A stretch of DNA of 64,000 bases from Okamejei kenojei (Eukaryota): assembly GCA_035221665.1 (NCBI GenBank), contig CM069160.1, positions 1,116,001 to 1,180,000 on the forward strand, written 5' to 3'. Below are positions 11,500 to 25,010 of the stretch, in pieces. A model generated the notes under the pieces. That model saw only the letters and a program-made list of their open reading frames with translations. It was not told the DNA's origin and did not search any database. A program made the translations under genes and the position numbers. Positions within the stretch are counted from its first letter, which is position 1. Every line of letters starts with the position of its first letter.

Positions 11500-12590
11500 C
11501 TTCAATTCAATGCATCATTCACTGACCCCCCCCCCCTTTCTGCCACCTTCAAACTGATCCCAGCATCGATCACATCTTCCCTCCCCCCACCCCTTTCTGC
11601 CCTTGCGCAGAGAGGGCTCTCTCCACAACTCATTGGATTCCTCATCCCTTCCCACCCAAGGTACGTTTCCTTCCCTCCCCAGGTACTTTACCCTGCAACT
11701 GCAGGACACGTTAATCCCTTTGAGCTCATCCCTCACTTCCAACCAGGGAGTCCAGCAGTCCTTCCAGGAAAGTCAGAGGTTCACGCGCACCCCGTCTAAC
11801 CACATCGACTGCATCTCGTGTCCCTGATTTGGCCTCCTTTACATCAGTGAGATCAAGTTTGGACCAAGCACAAAACCGACAGTAGGGTTGGGTGAGCGGG
11901 CGTAGGGAAGGGTAGTGCGATATATCTCCGCTTTGTTTTTCACATCTTCGTTAATTCAGAGGTTTTTCTTTTATCTTTTTCGTATCTTTTTTGAAATTCT
12001 TTCATTTCTTTTTCCTTTCTTCTTCCTTTCCCTTCTTTCCTTTTTTTTCCGATTTACTTATTAGTTTATAAAATGTTAAAACTGAAGCTGTACGAAAATT
12101 GTATAATTGTTATGTCGATTACTTTCTCCTTGCACAATTGCTTCTAAGAAAATAAATATATTTTTTTTAAGTTTGGACCAAGCAGACTTGGCAATGTTTT
12201 CATAGAACACAATCTCGGTCTGCCAAGACCTATTGAATTACCCAGTTATTAAACATTTTAATGTCCCTTCACATTCCCATACTGACTTTTCAGTCCTGAG
12301 CCTTCTCCATTCCAGCATGAGGTCATGCACATATAGAAGGTGCAGCACCTCATATTCAGCTTGGAAAGGTTACAACTAAAAGGGGATGAATGTTGAATTA
12401 TCACATTTTAGTTAACTATCGTTCCACTTATCATTTTCCAGGATCCTCCCCCTTCCAGATCTCCCCACCCATCATAATCAATCTGGGGAAGGGTTCCAAC
12501 CAAAACATCACATTCATAGATGCCTGACCCGCTGAGTTAGTTTAGCACCTGGTGCCTTTTTTAATAAACCAGCATTTGAAGTTCCTTGTT
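11500..12590 (+). mobile_element. Penelope-like element fragment (GIY-YIG domain and 3' terminus), interrupted by an insertion at 11871-12168
   Basis: SSLTSNQGVQQSFQESQRFTRTPSNHIDCISC..LLYISE; resumes after 12184 and reaches ..QHLIFSL..LQ. Confidence 0.75.
11855..12184 (+). mobile_element. ~300 bp retroposed 3' end (probably L1/Tx1-type) with 16-bp target-site duplication
   Basis: AAGTTTGGACCAAGCA at 11855-11870 and 12169-12184; T-rich body ending AATAAA. Confidence 0.7.
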
Positions 12591-13266
12591 TCGGTACCAC
12601 TGGACGGTTTTGGTCCCAGTACCCAACAAAGGATTTAGTGGCAACAACAATCTGTTGGAGGAACTCAGTGCGTTGAGCAGCATCTCAGGAGGTAAAGGGA
12701 TAGACGACGTGTTGGGTCGAGACTCTGCATCAGGGCAGAGAGTAACCAGTCCAGGGGGGATAGTGGGAGTGGTGCAGCAGTGGCCAGTAGGTGAATACTG
12801 GACTGAGGAGGAGGATGATGAAGGGAAGTTGGAGCTATGTTCAAAAGGGGAGTGTGGATCTAGTGACACCTCCTCCCATACCGTTATCCAGGGACCTAAA
12901 GAAGGTGAGGTAAAGATTCACATGAACCTCCATCCTCCTTTACTGTCTTCAGTAAATATGACCTCCTCTACAAATCGGTGAGACCAAACACAGACGAGGA
13001 AATATTCTCCCCACCTCACAATGTTTCAGGATGTTTTAATTACATCACCGCCTTGCTCTTCACAACTCCGGAGAACAAGCCCAGCCACCCGACCTTTGAT
13101 GCCCAGGCACCGCCCAGCCCAGGTATCGTAAACATTCTGCGAGTTGCTTCCAACTTCCTGAACCAAGGTGAGTGAGAGTGCACAGAACTGCAGGTGTGGT
13201 TCCCCCAATGCCCAGGGTGAATGCAGAGAGAGGGTGTGGTGCTCACCATTGGAACAGAAGGATTTC

Positions 13267-14182
13267 AGCATAGAAACGTGAAACATAGAAAATAGGTGCA
13301 GGAGGAGGCCATTCAGCCCTTCGAGCCAGCACCACCATTCAATATGATCACGGGTGATCGTCCGCTATCAATAACCCGTGCCTGCCTTCTCCCCATATTC
13401 CTTGACTCCACTAGCCCCTAGAGCTCAATCTAACTGTCTTAAATCCATCCAGTGACTTGGCCTCCATTGCCCTCTGTGGCAGGGAATTCCATAAATTCAC
13501 AACTCTCTGGGTGAAAACGCTTTTTCTCACCTCAGTCTTAAATGACCTCCCCTTTATTCTAAGACTGTGGCCCCTGGTTCTGGACTCGCCCAACATTGGG
13601 AACATTTTTCCTGCATCTAGCTTGTCCAGTCTTTTATAATTTTATATGTTTCTATAAGATCCCCCTCATCCTTCTAAACTCCAGTGAATACAAGCTTAGT
13701 CTTTTCAATCTTTCCTCATATGACAGTCCCGCCATCCCAGGGATCAATCTCGTGAACCTATGCTGCACTGCCTCAATTACAAGGATGTCCTTCCTCAAAT
13801 TAGGAGACCAAAACTGTACACAATACTCCAGATGTGGTCTCACCAGAGCCTTATACAACTGCAGAAGAACCTCTTTACTCCTGTACTGAAATCCTCTTGT
13901 TATGAAGGCCAACATTCCATTAGCTTTCTTCACTGCCTGCTGTACCTGCACGCCAACTTTCAGTGACCAATGTACAAGGACACCCAGGTCTCGCTGTACC
14001 TCCCCCTTACCTAACCTAATCCCATTGAGATAATAATCTGCCCCCTTGTTTTTGCCGCCAAAGTGGATGACCTCACATTTATCTATATTATACTGCATCT
14101 GCCACGCATCTGCCCACTCACTCAACCTGTCCAGGTCCCCCTGCAACCTCCTAACATCCTCTTCACAGTTCACACTGCCACC
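13267..14182 (-). mobile_element. Young CR1/HER1-type LINE 3' fragment
   Basis: ORF 13652..14173 LQGDLDRLSEWADAWQMQYNIDKCEVIHFG..LVRPHLEYCVQFWSP. Confidence 0.95.
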
Positions 14183-14765
14183 CGGCTACAGCAGCGTAAT
14201 GTTCCTGGAATCAGGAACCAGAGGCAGAGGGTGTTAGATGAAAGACACATGCTGAGGGTCCTTGGCAGCCGGGACTTGGAAAGTGGGAGCCCATCCATAG
14301 ATTTATCAAAGTCCCTGAAACCCTTCCCATTCAGCGAAGGGCGGGCTCACCTGGTCCCTGCTGGTGGAAAGAGGGTGTCGGGATGGGCCAATGTAACGGG
14401 CCATAAAACGGTCTTCAGGAATGGGAAAAGTGCAGGGACCGCCTCTCTCTTCATTCACTCTTGGCATTGGTGAATCCACACTGCAGGGCTGTATGCTCTC
14501 AGTTGCCTTCGTTCAGGAAGTTGGAGGAAGTCAGCACTTGGTTAAGATGGAGGCATTGGACTTCTTAAAAGTAGCAAAGTTGGGGTCCATCTCCTCGGTG
14601 CCACCGACCTGCATCTTTACTCCAGTCCCCCGGGGGCCTCCACCAGTGACTCCGCCGACGTTTGCCTCTCCACTACCCACCAGCGGGCCGGACCCGTCAC
14701 CTCTCCTGAGTTCCAGTTCCTGAGACCCATACAATAGACCTCACGGTGCCCTCCTCTCTGAACAT

Positions 14766-15455
14766 ACCAGCATGCAGGTACAGCAGGCAGTGAATAAAGC
14801 GAATGGCATGTTGGCCTTTAGAACAAGAGGAATTGAATATCGGAGCAAAGACGTCCTTGTGCAGTTGTACAGAGCACTAGTGAGACCACACCTGGAGTAT
14901 TGTGTGCAGTTTTGGTCCCCTAATTTGAGGAAGGACATTCTTGCCATTGAGGGAGTGCAGCGTAGGTTTACAAGGTTAATTCCCGGGATGGCGGGACTGT
15001 CGTATGCTGAGAGAATGGAGCAGCTGGGCTTGTAAACTCTGGAGTTTAGAAGGATGAGAGGATATGTCATTGAAACATATAAGATTGTTAAGGGCTTGGA
15101 CACACTAGAGGCAGGAAACATGTTCCCGATGTTGGGGGAGTCCAGAACCAGGGGCCACAGTTTAAGAATAAGGAGTAGGCCATTTAGAACGGAGACAAGG
15201 AAACACTTTTTCTCACAGAGAGTGGTGAGTCTGTGGAATTCTCTGCCTCAGAGGGCGGTGGAGGCAGGTTCTCTGGATGCTTTCAAGAGAGAGCTAGATA
15301 AGGCTCTTAAAAATAGCGGAGTCAGGGGATATGGGGAGAAGGCAGGAACGGGGTACTGATTGGGGATGATCAGACATGATCACATTGAATGGCGGTGCTG
15401 GCTCGAAGGGCTGAATGGCCTCCTCCTGCACCTATTGTCTATTGCCTATTGTCTA
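14766..15455 (+). mobile_element. Young CR1/HER1-type LINE 3' fragment
   Basis: ORFs 14772..15035 and 15054..15359. Confidence 0.95.
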
Positions 15456-16504
15456 AATGCGTGGGTTTCTTCTGGATGCTCTGGTTTCCGCCCATATCCC
15501 AAAGACTTGTGGGTTGGTGGGTTAATTGACCTCTGTAAATTACCCTGCTGCGTGGGTGAAGGGTGGAATCTGGGGAGAGTTGAGGAGAATGTGGGGAGAA
15601 TAAAACAGGTTAGGGTAGAATTGGAATATGGTAGTGACGGTGGCAGAGACTCAATGACCGAAGGGCCTGTATCTCTGACTGGATGCCTTTGTATCCCAGG
15701 CATTCTATGAAGAAGCCATTGAGGTAGGGAATGACGGATGGCGATGTACATAGGGAAGCCAAACACAGCAGATGCTGTAAATCTGAAATAAAACAGGAAA
15801 CGGTGGAAACCCTCAGCCGGTCAGGCAGCATCTGGGGAGGAAAGAACAGAACTAATGTTTCAGCTTAAGACAGACACAAAAAGCTGGAGTATCTCAGCGG
15901 GACAGGCAGCATCTCTGGAGAGAAGGAATGGGTGACGTTTCCGCTCGAAACCCTTCCTCCGCTTGACAGTATTTCATCCAAATACATTGCCCACTTCAAC
16001 ATTCAAACAGCTTTCAACTTTCACACAGCACTTCTGTTCGAGATCTTCTCAATGAACACCAAAGTGGTGCTAATACATGGAACTGGATGTACGAAGAGTT
16101 GGAAGATACCAGGGGTTTTGAATATATTTGGAATCAGACTACCAGATCCGTGTGGGACATTGGTCTCCACAGTTTAATACTGACCCAGTGGCATGGGATA
16201 CATGTTTCAATGCCCCCTTAATCTCTGCTGACCAGGACTATGAATAAAATCCTCGATATTCACTCCGACAATTTCAGATAACCAGATTTATAGTCTGTGT
16301 TGGGACAGTAAGATCAGCCACTGTAACATTTGTTTAGAGTTCCTCTTCCCACAGCCGATGCCTGAGTCGCTGGGGATTTCCAATGTTCCCCTTTATTTCT
16401 AGGCCACAGAAACAAATTCTACCCGGCAACGGGTGACACACTGCAGCCGCGCCCATTTCTTTGTAAACTGATGATGGCAAGCAAGTTGTATACATTCATT
16501 ACCA

Positions 16505-17060
16505 CCCTATCACAAGTTCACAAGTGATGGGAGTAGAATTAGGCCATTCGGCCCATCGAATCCGTCATTCAATCATGACTGGTCTCTGCCTCCTAATCTC
16601 ATTTTCCTGACTTCTCCCCAAAACCTTTCACACCCATTCTAATCAAGAACTTGTCTATCTCTGCCTTAAAAATATCCACTGACGTGGCCTCCACAGCCCT
16701 CTGTGGCAATGTGTTCCACAGATTAACTACTCTCTGACTAAAGAAGTTCTTCCTCGTCTCCTTTCTAAAGAGGGCCTTTAATTCTGCACCTATGACCTCT
16801 GGCCCAAACCTTCTCCCACCAGTAGAATACATCCTCTTCATATCCACTCTAGTTATGCCTTTCATTATTCTGTAAGTTTCAATGAGGTCCCCCCTCAACC
16901 TTCCAAACTCCAGCGAGTAGAGGCCCAGTGCTGTCAAACACTCATCATATGCTAACCCACTCATTCCTGTAAATTTCCTCTGGACCCTCTCCAGAGCCAG
17001 CACATCCTTCCTCAGATATGCAGCCCATATTTGCTCACAGTAATCCAAATGCGGCCTGGT
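16505..17060 (-). mobile_element. CR1-type LINE 3' fragment
   Basis: ORF 16599..17048 YLRKDVLALERVQRKFT..FFSQRVVNLWN. Confidence 0.9.
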
Positions 17061-17480
17061 CAGTGGAGCCCCTCAACATTACATTTCCGTGTTGGCACTG
17101 ACAGGCAGCTATGGCATTGACCTCCAGGGTCCCTATGTCCATCACAGGCAGGTGCTGCCATATAACGTGTGCTGGATGTGGATGTGGGGGTAGATGGGTG
17201 GCAGATCGACCTGTGACAGGCGGGGGCAGATGGGTGGGAATGGGTGAGGAGAGGATAAGCGGTAGACAATGATCCGGACTCGGTGGGACAAGGTGGGACA
17301 GGGATGGAGGGGCTGCATGGAATTTTGTCCGGAGATGCCGGTGTGCTTCCCGGGATTGGGAGCGAGGAGATCTGGTTCAGACGGGACACTGGGGGAGGGG
17401 TTGGCTGTAAAATCGGCAACAGCAGAGAAACAGCGTGCAGCCTCTCAAACCACAGGCTCACTAACATGGGGAATAAGCAA

Positions 17481-17522
17481 CCAATGAAAAGGCGAGGCTA
17501 CCATGTGTCATCTGTTGCCGGG
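17481..17522 (-). promoter_or_regulatory. X1/X2-Y module (duplicon copy B)
   Basis: CCCGGCAACAGATG + 23 nt + ATTGG, the same geometry as the mammalian HLA-DRA X-Y module as recalled. Confidence 0.7.
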
Positions 17523-20500
17523 TAGGATTTGTTTCTGTGGCCCGTTTGGGACCTGAGAGGTTTCACCCTTCAGTTGTTGATGCAGCAGATGTGTCTGAGG
17601 GAGGGGTAAATAGAGGAGGTGAAAGAGGGCAGGGGAGAGGAGTAAATAATCGTGGGAGGGACTCACCGCAGATGCTGGAAATCTGAAATAAAGGAGAATG
17701 TTGGAAATCCCTTGTGGGTCAGAAGGATTGAAGAGTTGCGAATTGTGAAGCCAGAGGAAAGGATGTTGGTGGAAGGGAAGGGGAGAAATAGGCACGAGTT
17801 TGGGTCGGCACAGGAGGGGAGGGGGGTAGAAAGTGGATGTGGGGAGAGGGACGGGCCATGTTACATGTTAGTTAATATTCAACCTTTATACCATTGAGTT
17901 CTGAGCTGCCCGAGCGGATTATGAGATGCTGTTCCTCTAGTTGATGTCTGCCCTCACTCTGGCAATGAACAAGGCCCACGACAGTGTTAGCTCAGTATGG
18001 GAATTAAAATGGTTCGCCACCACGACATAACCGGACAGACTTGATGCACAGAACGGTGTGTTCTTCATCCTCCCTGGCGTTTCCACCATATCCCTCTTCG
18101 GTTTTATATTTCACTGCTTTCCTGCCCTCATCTAATACTCTTTTGTTTCCTGTTCATCTCTAGCCTTTGTCACTTACCCCAACCATCTGCATCTGCCCAT
18201 CATTTGCCAGGCTTTGTCCACTCCCACCTCCTACTCCACTGAGTTTCTCCAGTATTTTGATCTTAGACAGGGTTGAGAGTCAGAGCCTTTTCCCCAGGAT
18301 GGAAGTGATAAATAGCATTGAATGTATTGCGTTAAGATGAGAGGGGGAATGTTTGGAGGATATTTACAAGGTAGGCTTTTCACTCGGAGGACGGTAGTTT
18401 CCTAGTATGTGTTGCGAGATGAGGTGGTGGAAACAGATATGACAGCAACATCTAAGAGACATTTTCAGGCACATGAACAGGCTGGGAATGCACAGATATA
18501 AAGCATATGCAGACAGATAGGATTAATTATCCACACAGACATGGTGGGACAAATGGCCTGTTCCTGTGCTGTATTGCCCACTGACCCACTTCCACCACAC
18601 TGTCCCCCTCACATAATCCTTCACCCACCCACTCCTCTGCCCTTGCCAAGTGCTGGCAATTGGGTTTGGTAATGATCGTACCTGATGGTTGGCATAGAAA
18701 TGATCGGCCAAAGGGCGCGCTACTGTGTTATATGACTATAATCCATGACTACGGCTAATTTCAGATAACCAGCCGTTCCAGTTTGTGTTGAGACTGGTTG
18801 TGTTGTAAGATCATCCACTGGAACATTAGTTCAGGATTCCTCGCCCACAGCTGCTGCCTGACCTGCTGGGGATTCCCAACATTTTCCTTGATTTCAGGTT
18901 TCCAACATCTGTGGCGTTGTCACTCTCATAGTTCTGACATCCTTATTTACCTCTCTCCCCTGTCCTCCTTCACCTCCTCTATTGACCCCTCCCTCAGACA
19001 CATCAGCAGCATCAACAACCGAGGGACAGTCTCTGCAGACCCGGGACTGGGGGTGAAACAAATCCTACCCGGCAACGGGTCACACGCAGTAGCCGCAACA
19101 TTTCTTGCCACCTTTTATACTCAGTGGCGCGACTGAAGATGTCAAGCATGCTTTACGCACTTTTCACCGTCCCATCACATTGTGTTGGCACTTTCAGGCA
19201 GCTATGGACTTGCAGCACATGGTCCACCTGGCCAGCACTGCCAGGGTCCCATCATTTAATGTGTGCTGGATGTAGATGTGAGGAAGGGTGGGGGTAGGTG
19301 TTCGACCTGTGACAGGCGAGGGCTGAGGAGAGCATAAACAGTAGACAATGATCCAGCGGGTGGGTGTGGGGAGGGAAGGGCAATGTGGGACAGGGACGGA
19401 GGGGCTGTACGGGACTTTGTCCAGAGTTGCTGGTATGTTCCCAGAATAGGGAGAGGAGATCTGGTTCAAACAGGTTGACTGCAAACAGCAGAGACATAGA
19501 CTGCAGCCTCTCAAACCACAGGCTCAATAACATCGGGAATAAACAGCCACTGAAATAGTACGGCTACGTGTGTCACCTGTTGCCGGGTAGGATTTATTTC
19601 TGTGACCTGTTTTGAAGGCGGGAGGTGTCACCCTCAGTCCCGGGCTGCAGAGACCGCCCCTCTGTTGTTGATGCAGCGGATGTGTCTGAGGGAGGGCTAA
19701 ATAGGAGGTGAAAGCGGGCAGGGGAGAGGAGTAAATAAGGACGTCGGAATCGTGGGAGGGGCTCCGCAGGTGCTAGAAATCTGAAATAATGGAGAATGTT
19801 GGAAATTCCTAGTGGGTCAAAAGGATTGTAGTTGTGAATTGTGAAGCCAGAGGAAAGAGGTTGGTGGATGGGGAGGGGAGAGAGAGGTGCGAGTATAGAT
19901 GGGCAGAAAGAGGGGGAGAAAGTGGGCAAGGGGAGAGGTAGTTCGGGGTTGTTCGAGGTTAGCTAATATTGGCGAATTCAATGTTTATGCCCAAGCAGAA
20001 TATGTAGTGCTGTTCCTCCAGTCTGTGCGTGCCCCACTCTGGCAATGGAGAAGGTCCAGGGCAGAAAGCTCAGTTTGGGAATGGGAATGATAATTAAAAT
20101 GGTTTGCCACCTCGAGAGGCTGTCGAGCATGGCGCACTGAGTGTGTGTTCCCCTTCCTCCCCTGGGGTGGGTGGCTGATCGACTGTGACAGGTGATTACA
20201 GAGGGGTAGCTGTGTGGGTGGGGAGATACTGTAGGCAATGATCCAGACGGTGGGGTGGGGAGGGAAGGACAAGGAGGGGTTGTTTGTGGGAGTGGGAGGG
20301 AGGGAGGGAGGTACTGCACGGGACATTGTCCGGAGATGCCGCTGTGTTTCCTGGAATTGGGAGAGGGATCTGATTCAGATGGGGGGAGGGGTTGGCTGGA
20401 AAATCGCCAACTACAAGAAGCAGAGAAACTACAAGAGTGCAGCCTCTCAAACCTCAGGCTGACTTACATGGGGAATAAACAGCCAGTGAAATTGTAGGCT

Positions 20501-21244
20501 ACAGCGTGTCACCTGTTGCCGGGTAGGATTTGTTTCTGTGGCCCGGTTGGGACCAGGGAGGTTTCACCCCCAGTCCCGGGTCTGCAGAGACCCCCCCCCA
20601 ATGTTGTTGATGCAGCTGATGTGTCTGAGGGAGGGGTAAATAGAGGAAGCGAAGGAGGGCAGGGGAGAGGGGTAAATAAGGTAATCTGAAACAAATGAGA
20701 CGGCTGTGAATCCCTTGTCAAAAGCATTGAAAAGTTGCGAATTGTGAAGCCAGAAGAATGTAGTTGGAGGGGAGAGGAGAAATAGGTGTGAATCTAGTTA
20801 GGGGGGAGGGGTGTGGGTAGAAAGGGGGTGTGGGGAGAAAGAGGTGGTTTTGTTAGAGGTTACCAAAAGTTGGAGATCTGAGTGTTTATACTGTTGGGTT
20901 GTAAGCTATCCAAGCGAAATATGAGATGCTGTTCCTCCAGTTTGTGTTGCCTCACTCTAGCAATGGAGGAGGCGCAGGATAGATGGGTCAGTATGGGACT
21001 GGAAGGAGGAGGAATTAAAATGGTTAGCAGCTCAGAGATCTGGCAGACTGAACGCAAGAGTTCTGTGAAAGGGTCACTGAGTTGGAGGTAGCAGAAATGT
21101 CAGAGAAAGATGTGTTGGAAGCGGCTGCTGATGGGGTGAAAGGTGAGGAACAGGGGAACTCTGTCCTTGTTCTGTCCAGGGGGAAGGGAAGCAAGACCAG
21201 GACTAAGGGACACAGGAGATATGAGTGAAGGATCAATCTATTGT

Positions 21245-22290
21245 TATTTCCAGAAATAAACTTTATTTAAAATAAAAAAAATATATACAAAACAAGAACA
21301 GTGCACAATTTCTTATGACAGTCTCAGCGACGATGCATTCCTTTGGTAGTGTTCACAGAACTATTTTAATACTAGGCACCCTTACCACTCTTACTGCCCT
21401 CTGGGGTGCTCTCCCTTCCCTCGTTTAAGGGACATCTCATCATACCCTGCCCTCCCAATGTTCAGCAGCTGAAGGATCCTGGACTGTGGTCCTCCCCCAC
21501 AGAGTCTTGATGTTGGCTGCACCAAGCTTCAGTGCGTCCCTCAGCAATCTGGATCAGGCCAGTAGCCAACATTCCCTGATGGACATTACACTCTGCAAGG
21601 TGATCAGCAAGTTTCGATCAGACCAAAGATCGTCTTCCACAGAGTTGATGACCTTCCAGTACCACTTGATGTCCATCTCCGAATGTGTTCCTGGGAGCAG
21701 TCAATAAATCATCGAGTCCTCTGTTAAGGAGCTGTACGGGATAAATCGTGACCGGGACCCTTGAATCATTCTACAGACTCTTCACAAATCCACACTCTGG
21801 GAAAGGATGGGCACCCATCTCTTCTCCATAGCAGCCGCCCCAAGGACAGCGTGCGCTGGTAGTAAGGTTCCGACGGTGCAGGAAGGATCTGTCTAGGAGA
21901 CCCCTTGAGGCATTTCACCAGACAAGCTGGGCAGTCTGTTGGGGAACCACGCCACAGCATCCATCCAATCCTTTTCCCGCAATGTCTGCAGGATGTTCTC
22001 TGCTGACCGCTGCCTGATAGTCTGGTGGTCAAGGGTGTTGGTCTGAAAGAACCTTTCCATGAAGGACATTGTGCGGCATCTTTGCCAGGCCCATCCTTCT
22101 CAACGCCAGGGTCAGAGGGAACCTCAGCAGATCATGACACTTAGTGCCCACGTGCTCACATGCTTTGCCACTACACACAGCCTGATGCAGTCACACACAA
22201 AGATGGCCTTCAGGATGAACACTTGTTGGCCCACAGAGTAGTCACACAACAGGTGGCAGAAAAACTGGTCAGTGAGGGGGTGGAATGTCA
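21245..22290 (-). mobile_element. L1/Tx1-type LINE 3' fragment
   Basis: A/T-rich tail at about 21250-21290 and degenerate Cys/His-containing post-RT coding sequence. Confidence 0.55.
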
Positions 22291-23830
22291 GAAGTGATAG
22301 GAGCAGAATTAGGCCATTCAGCCCATGAAGTCTACTCTGCCATTCAATCATGGCCGATCTATCTCTTCCTTCTAACCCCATTTTCCCCATAGCCCTAGAC
22401 ACCCGTACTAATCAAGAATCTATCTATATCTGCCTTAACAATATCCATTGATGGCCTCCACAGCCGTGTGTGGCAAAGAATTCCACAGATTTACCATCAT
22501 CTGTCTAAAGAAAATCTTCCCCATCTCCGTCCGAAAGGAACGTTCTTTAATTCTGTGGCTATGACCTCTAGTCCTAGACTCTCCAACTAGTGGTAACATC
22601 CTTACCACATTCAATCTATCCAAGCCTTTCACTATTTGGAAAGTTTCAATGAAGCTCCCCCCCCCTGCCTCCCCCCACTCCTCACCCCCCCCCCCCACCC
22701 CCCTGGGGCCCCTCCCCCCCCCCCCCCCCTCTAAACTCCAATGCGTACAGGCCCAGTGCTGTCAATATACTCATCATATGTTAACCCACTCATCCCTGGG
22801 ATCACTCCGGTAAACCTCCTCTGGACCTTCTCCAGAGCCAGCACATTCTTCCTCAGACTGGCTCCATCCATTCCTTTGATTCAAATAAAAGTGTCCAAAA
22901 TTGCTCACAATACTCCAAATGTGGCCTGAGCATCACTTCATCAGCATTACATCCCTGTTTTTGTATTCTAGGCCTCTTGAAATGAATGCTAGCATTGCGT
23001 TTGCCTTCCCTACTACCGATTTGAAATCCTGTCCCAGCACTTCCAAGTCCATTGGCACTTCTGAATTCTGGATTCTCCCCACATTTAGAAGACTCCACAC
23101 TTTGCTACACGGTATTCCATCTGCCACTTCTCTGCGCACTCTCCCAACCTGTCCAAATCCTTCTGCAGAGTTCCTGCTTTCTCTATGCTACCTGCCCCTC
23201 CACCTATTTTCGAACTCCGCTAGTCACTGGTGGCCAACCAGAAAAAGCCCCTTTATTCCCTCTCTTTGCCTCTGCCATCCAGTCAACCTGCTACCCATGC
23301 TAGCATCTGCCCTTTGATATCATGGGCTCTCATCTTAGCAGCCTCACACATGGCACCTTATCAAATAAAATCTTGGTAAACAACATCTACTGACTCTCCT
23401 TTGTCTGTCCTGCTGTTTACTTCTTCAAAGAATTCCAGAAGATTCATCAGGCAAGATCTCCCCTTCACAAAACCACGCTGACTTTGGCCTATTTTATCAT
23501 GAACTTCTAAGTACTCCGTAACCCCATCTTTATAATGGACTAAAATCTTGCCAAACACTGAGTCAGACTAACCAGCCTATAGCTTCCACTGTGTAGAAAA
23601 GAACTGCAGATGCTGGTATAAATCGAAGGTAGACACAAAATGCTGGAGTAACTCAGTGGGTCAGGCAGTATCTCTGGAGAGAAGGAAGGAATGGGTCAGC
23701 ATCTCTGGTCAGCCTATAGTTTCCACTGTTCTACTTTGCTCCCTTCTTGTACAGCTGAGTAATATTGGCAATTTTCCAATCATCTGGAACCATTCCTGAC
23801 TCCCGTGATTATTGATATATCACTATTACG
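22290..23830 (-). mobile_element. CR1-type LINE fragments (RT region and 3' end)
   Basis: ORF 23361..23558 GQSQRGFVKGRSCLMNLLEFFEEV..VDVVY; 22435..22698 SRTRGHS. Confidence 0.85.
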
Positions 23831-23834
23831 TGGG

Positions 23835-25010
23835 CCACAGAGTAGAGGCATTGATGGGCTTTCATTCTGGTTTTGTCAAAGTGCTGGGCCCACGACAGAT
23901 CTACAGATATATACACGCGCAGGAACTTGATGTTGTCTTCTCCCTCCTTTGATGAAAAAGACAGGTTAGTGGATCCTTGGCCATCCTCTTCTAAAGTCAA
24001 CAATCAGCTCCTTGGTCTTATTGATGTTGAGAGCAACATGGTTGTTCTGTCACCATTCAATCAGATAATTGATCGCCCTCCTATACTCTGATTCATCTTT
24101 ACCCGTAATTCCTCCATCAATGATGGTGTCGTCAGCAAATTGAACGATGGAGTTGGAACTGTATCGGCTACTCAGTCATGGATATAATGTGGTTAGGGCA
24201 GGGACTCAGCATGCAGCCTTGAGGTGTTCCTGAGCTACCTAATGGTTATTGAGGAGGAAGTGTTGTTGCCAGTTTGTGCTGTGTTGATGAGGAAATCAAG
24301 GATCTAGTTGCAAAGGATATTGCAGAGACAGTTCCTGGAACTAAGTAACAAGATTGTGGGGAATGATGGTGTTGAATGCCAAGCTGTAGTCAATGAACAA
24401 TATCCTGATGTATATGTTATTATTGCCTAGTTGGTCCTACACAGAGTGGAGAACTAGCAGGTTCACATCCCCCATAGATCTATTGTAGCTGCTCCAGTGG
24501 GTCCAGGTTCCTGCTGAGATAGTTAATATGTTCCACAATGAACCTCTCAAAACACTTCATCCCCACAGACGTTAGTGCCAACGTTGCCATATGTCATTGA
24601 GACATGTCACGTTACTCTTCTTGGGCCTATCATTATCAATGACCTGTTAAAGCAGGCGAGAACCTTAGACCTCAGTATTGAGAGGTTGCAGATGTCCACA
24701 AAATCTCCAGCGAGTTGGTCCGCGCAGGTTTTGAGAACATGACCACAGGGGCATGTCCAGGAACAAAGGCTGCAGAAAGTGGCGGACATTGTCAGGCCTT
24801 TCACGGGTACTGATCCCTCCCCCAAACATCAAACTGAACTTCAGGTAGCTCAGCCTCAAAAAGGCAGCAAGTATCATCAAAGACTGACACCATCCTGCCA
24901 TGCTCTCATCTCCCTGGTGCCGTTGGGTAGAAAGTTGAGAATCGTTACTTCCAGCTTCAAGAGCAAGAAGCTTCTTCCCTTAGACATTGCACCACACTAA
25001 CCACAACCCT
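23835..25010. mobile_element. Old Rex1/Babar- or L2-like LINE fragments in both orientations
   Basis: Minus-strand FADDT-type RT motif near 24125-24145; LKTCADQLAG.F.DI.NLS at 24607..24825. Confidence 0.6.

Larger units (their letters stand above)
16265..21060. repeat. Local low-copy duplicon cluster (copies A+, B-, C+, D-, E-), each carrying an X1/X2 box
   Basis: Shared core T(C/T)CTACCCGGCAAC(A/G)G(G/A)T(G/C)ACAC with X boxes at 16422(+), 17522-17509(-), 19068(+), 19587-19574(-), 20523-20510(-); flanks homologous over several hundred bp. Confidence 0.88.

Noticed and set aside
17523-17560. S/W box upstream of the X boxes
   Set aside because: No consistent GGACCT/CAACCT-type motif at the expected ~16-nt distance, so the modules are called X-Y only
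17509-17600. Duplicon read as a coding exon (cctccctcAG...CAG|GTGAC; DTSAASTT..QKQILPGN)
   Set aside because: Frame not preserved among copies, donor absent in B and G, copies on both strands; the conserved core is better explained as an X box
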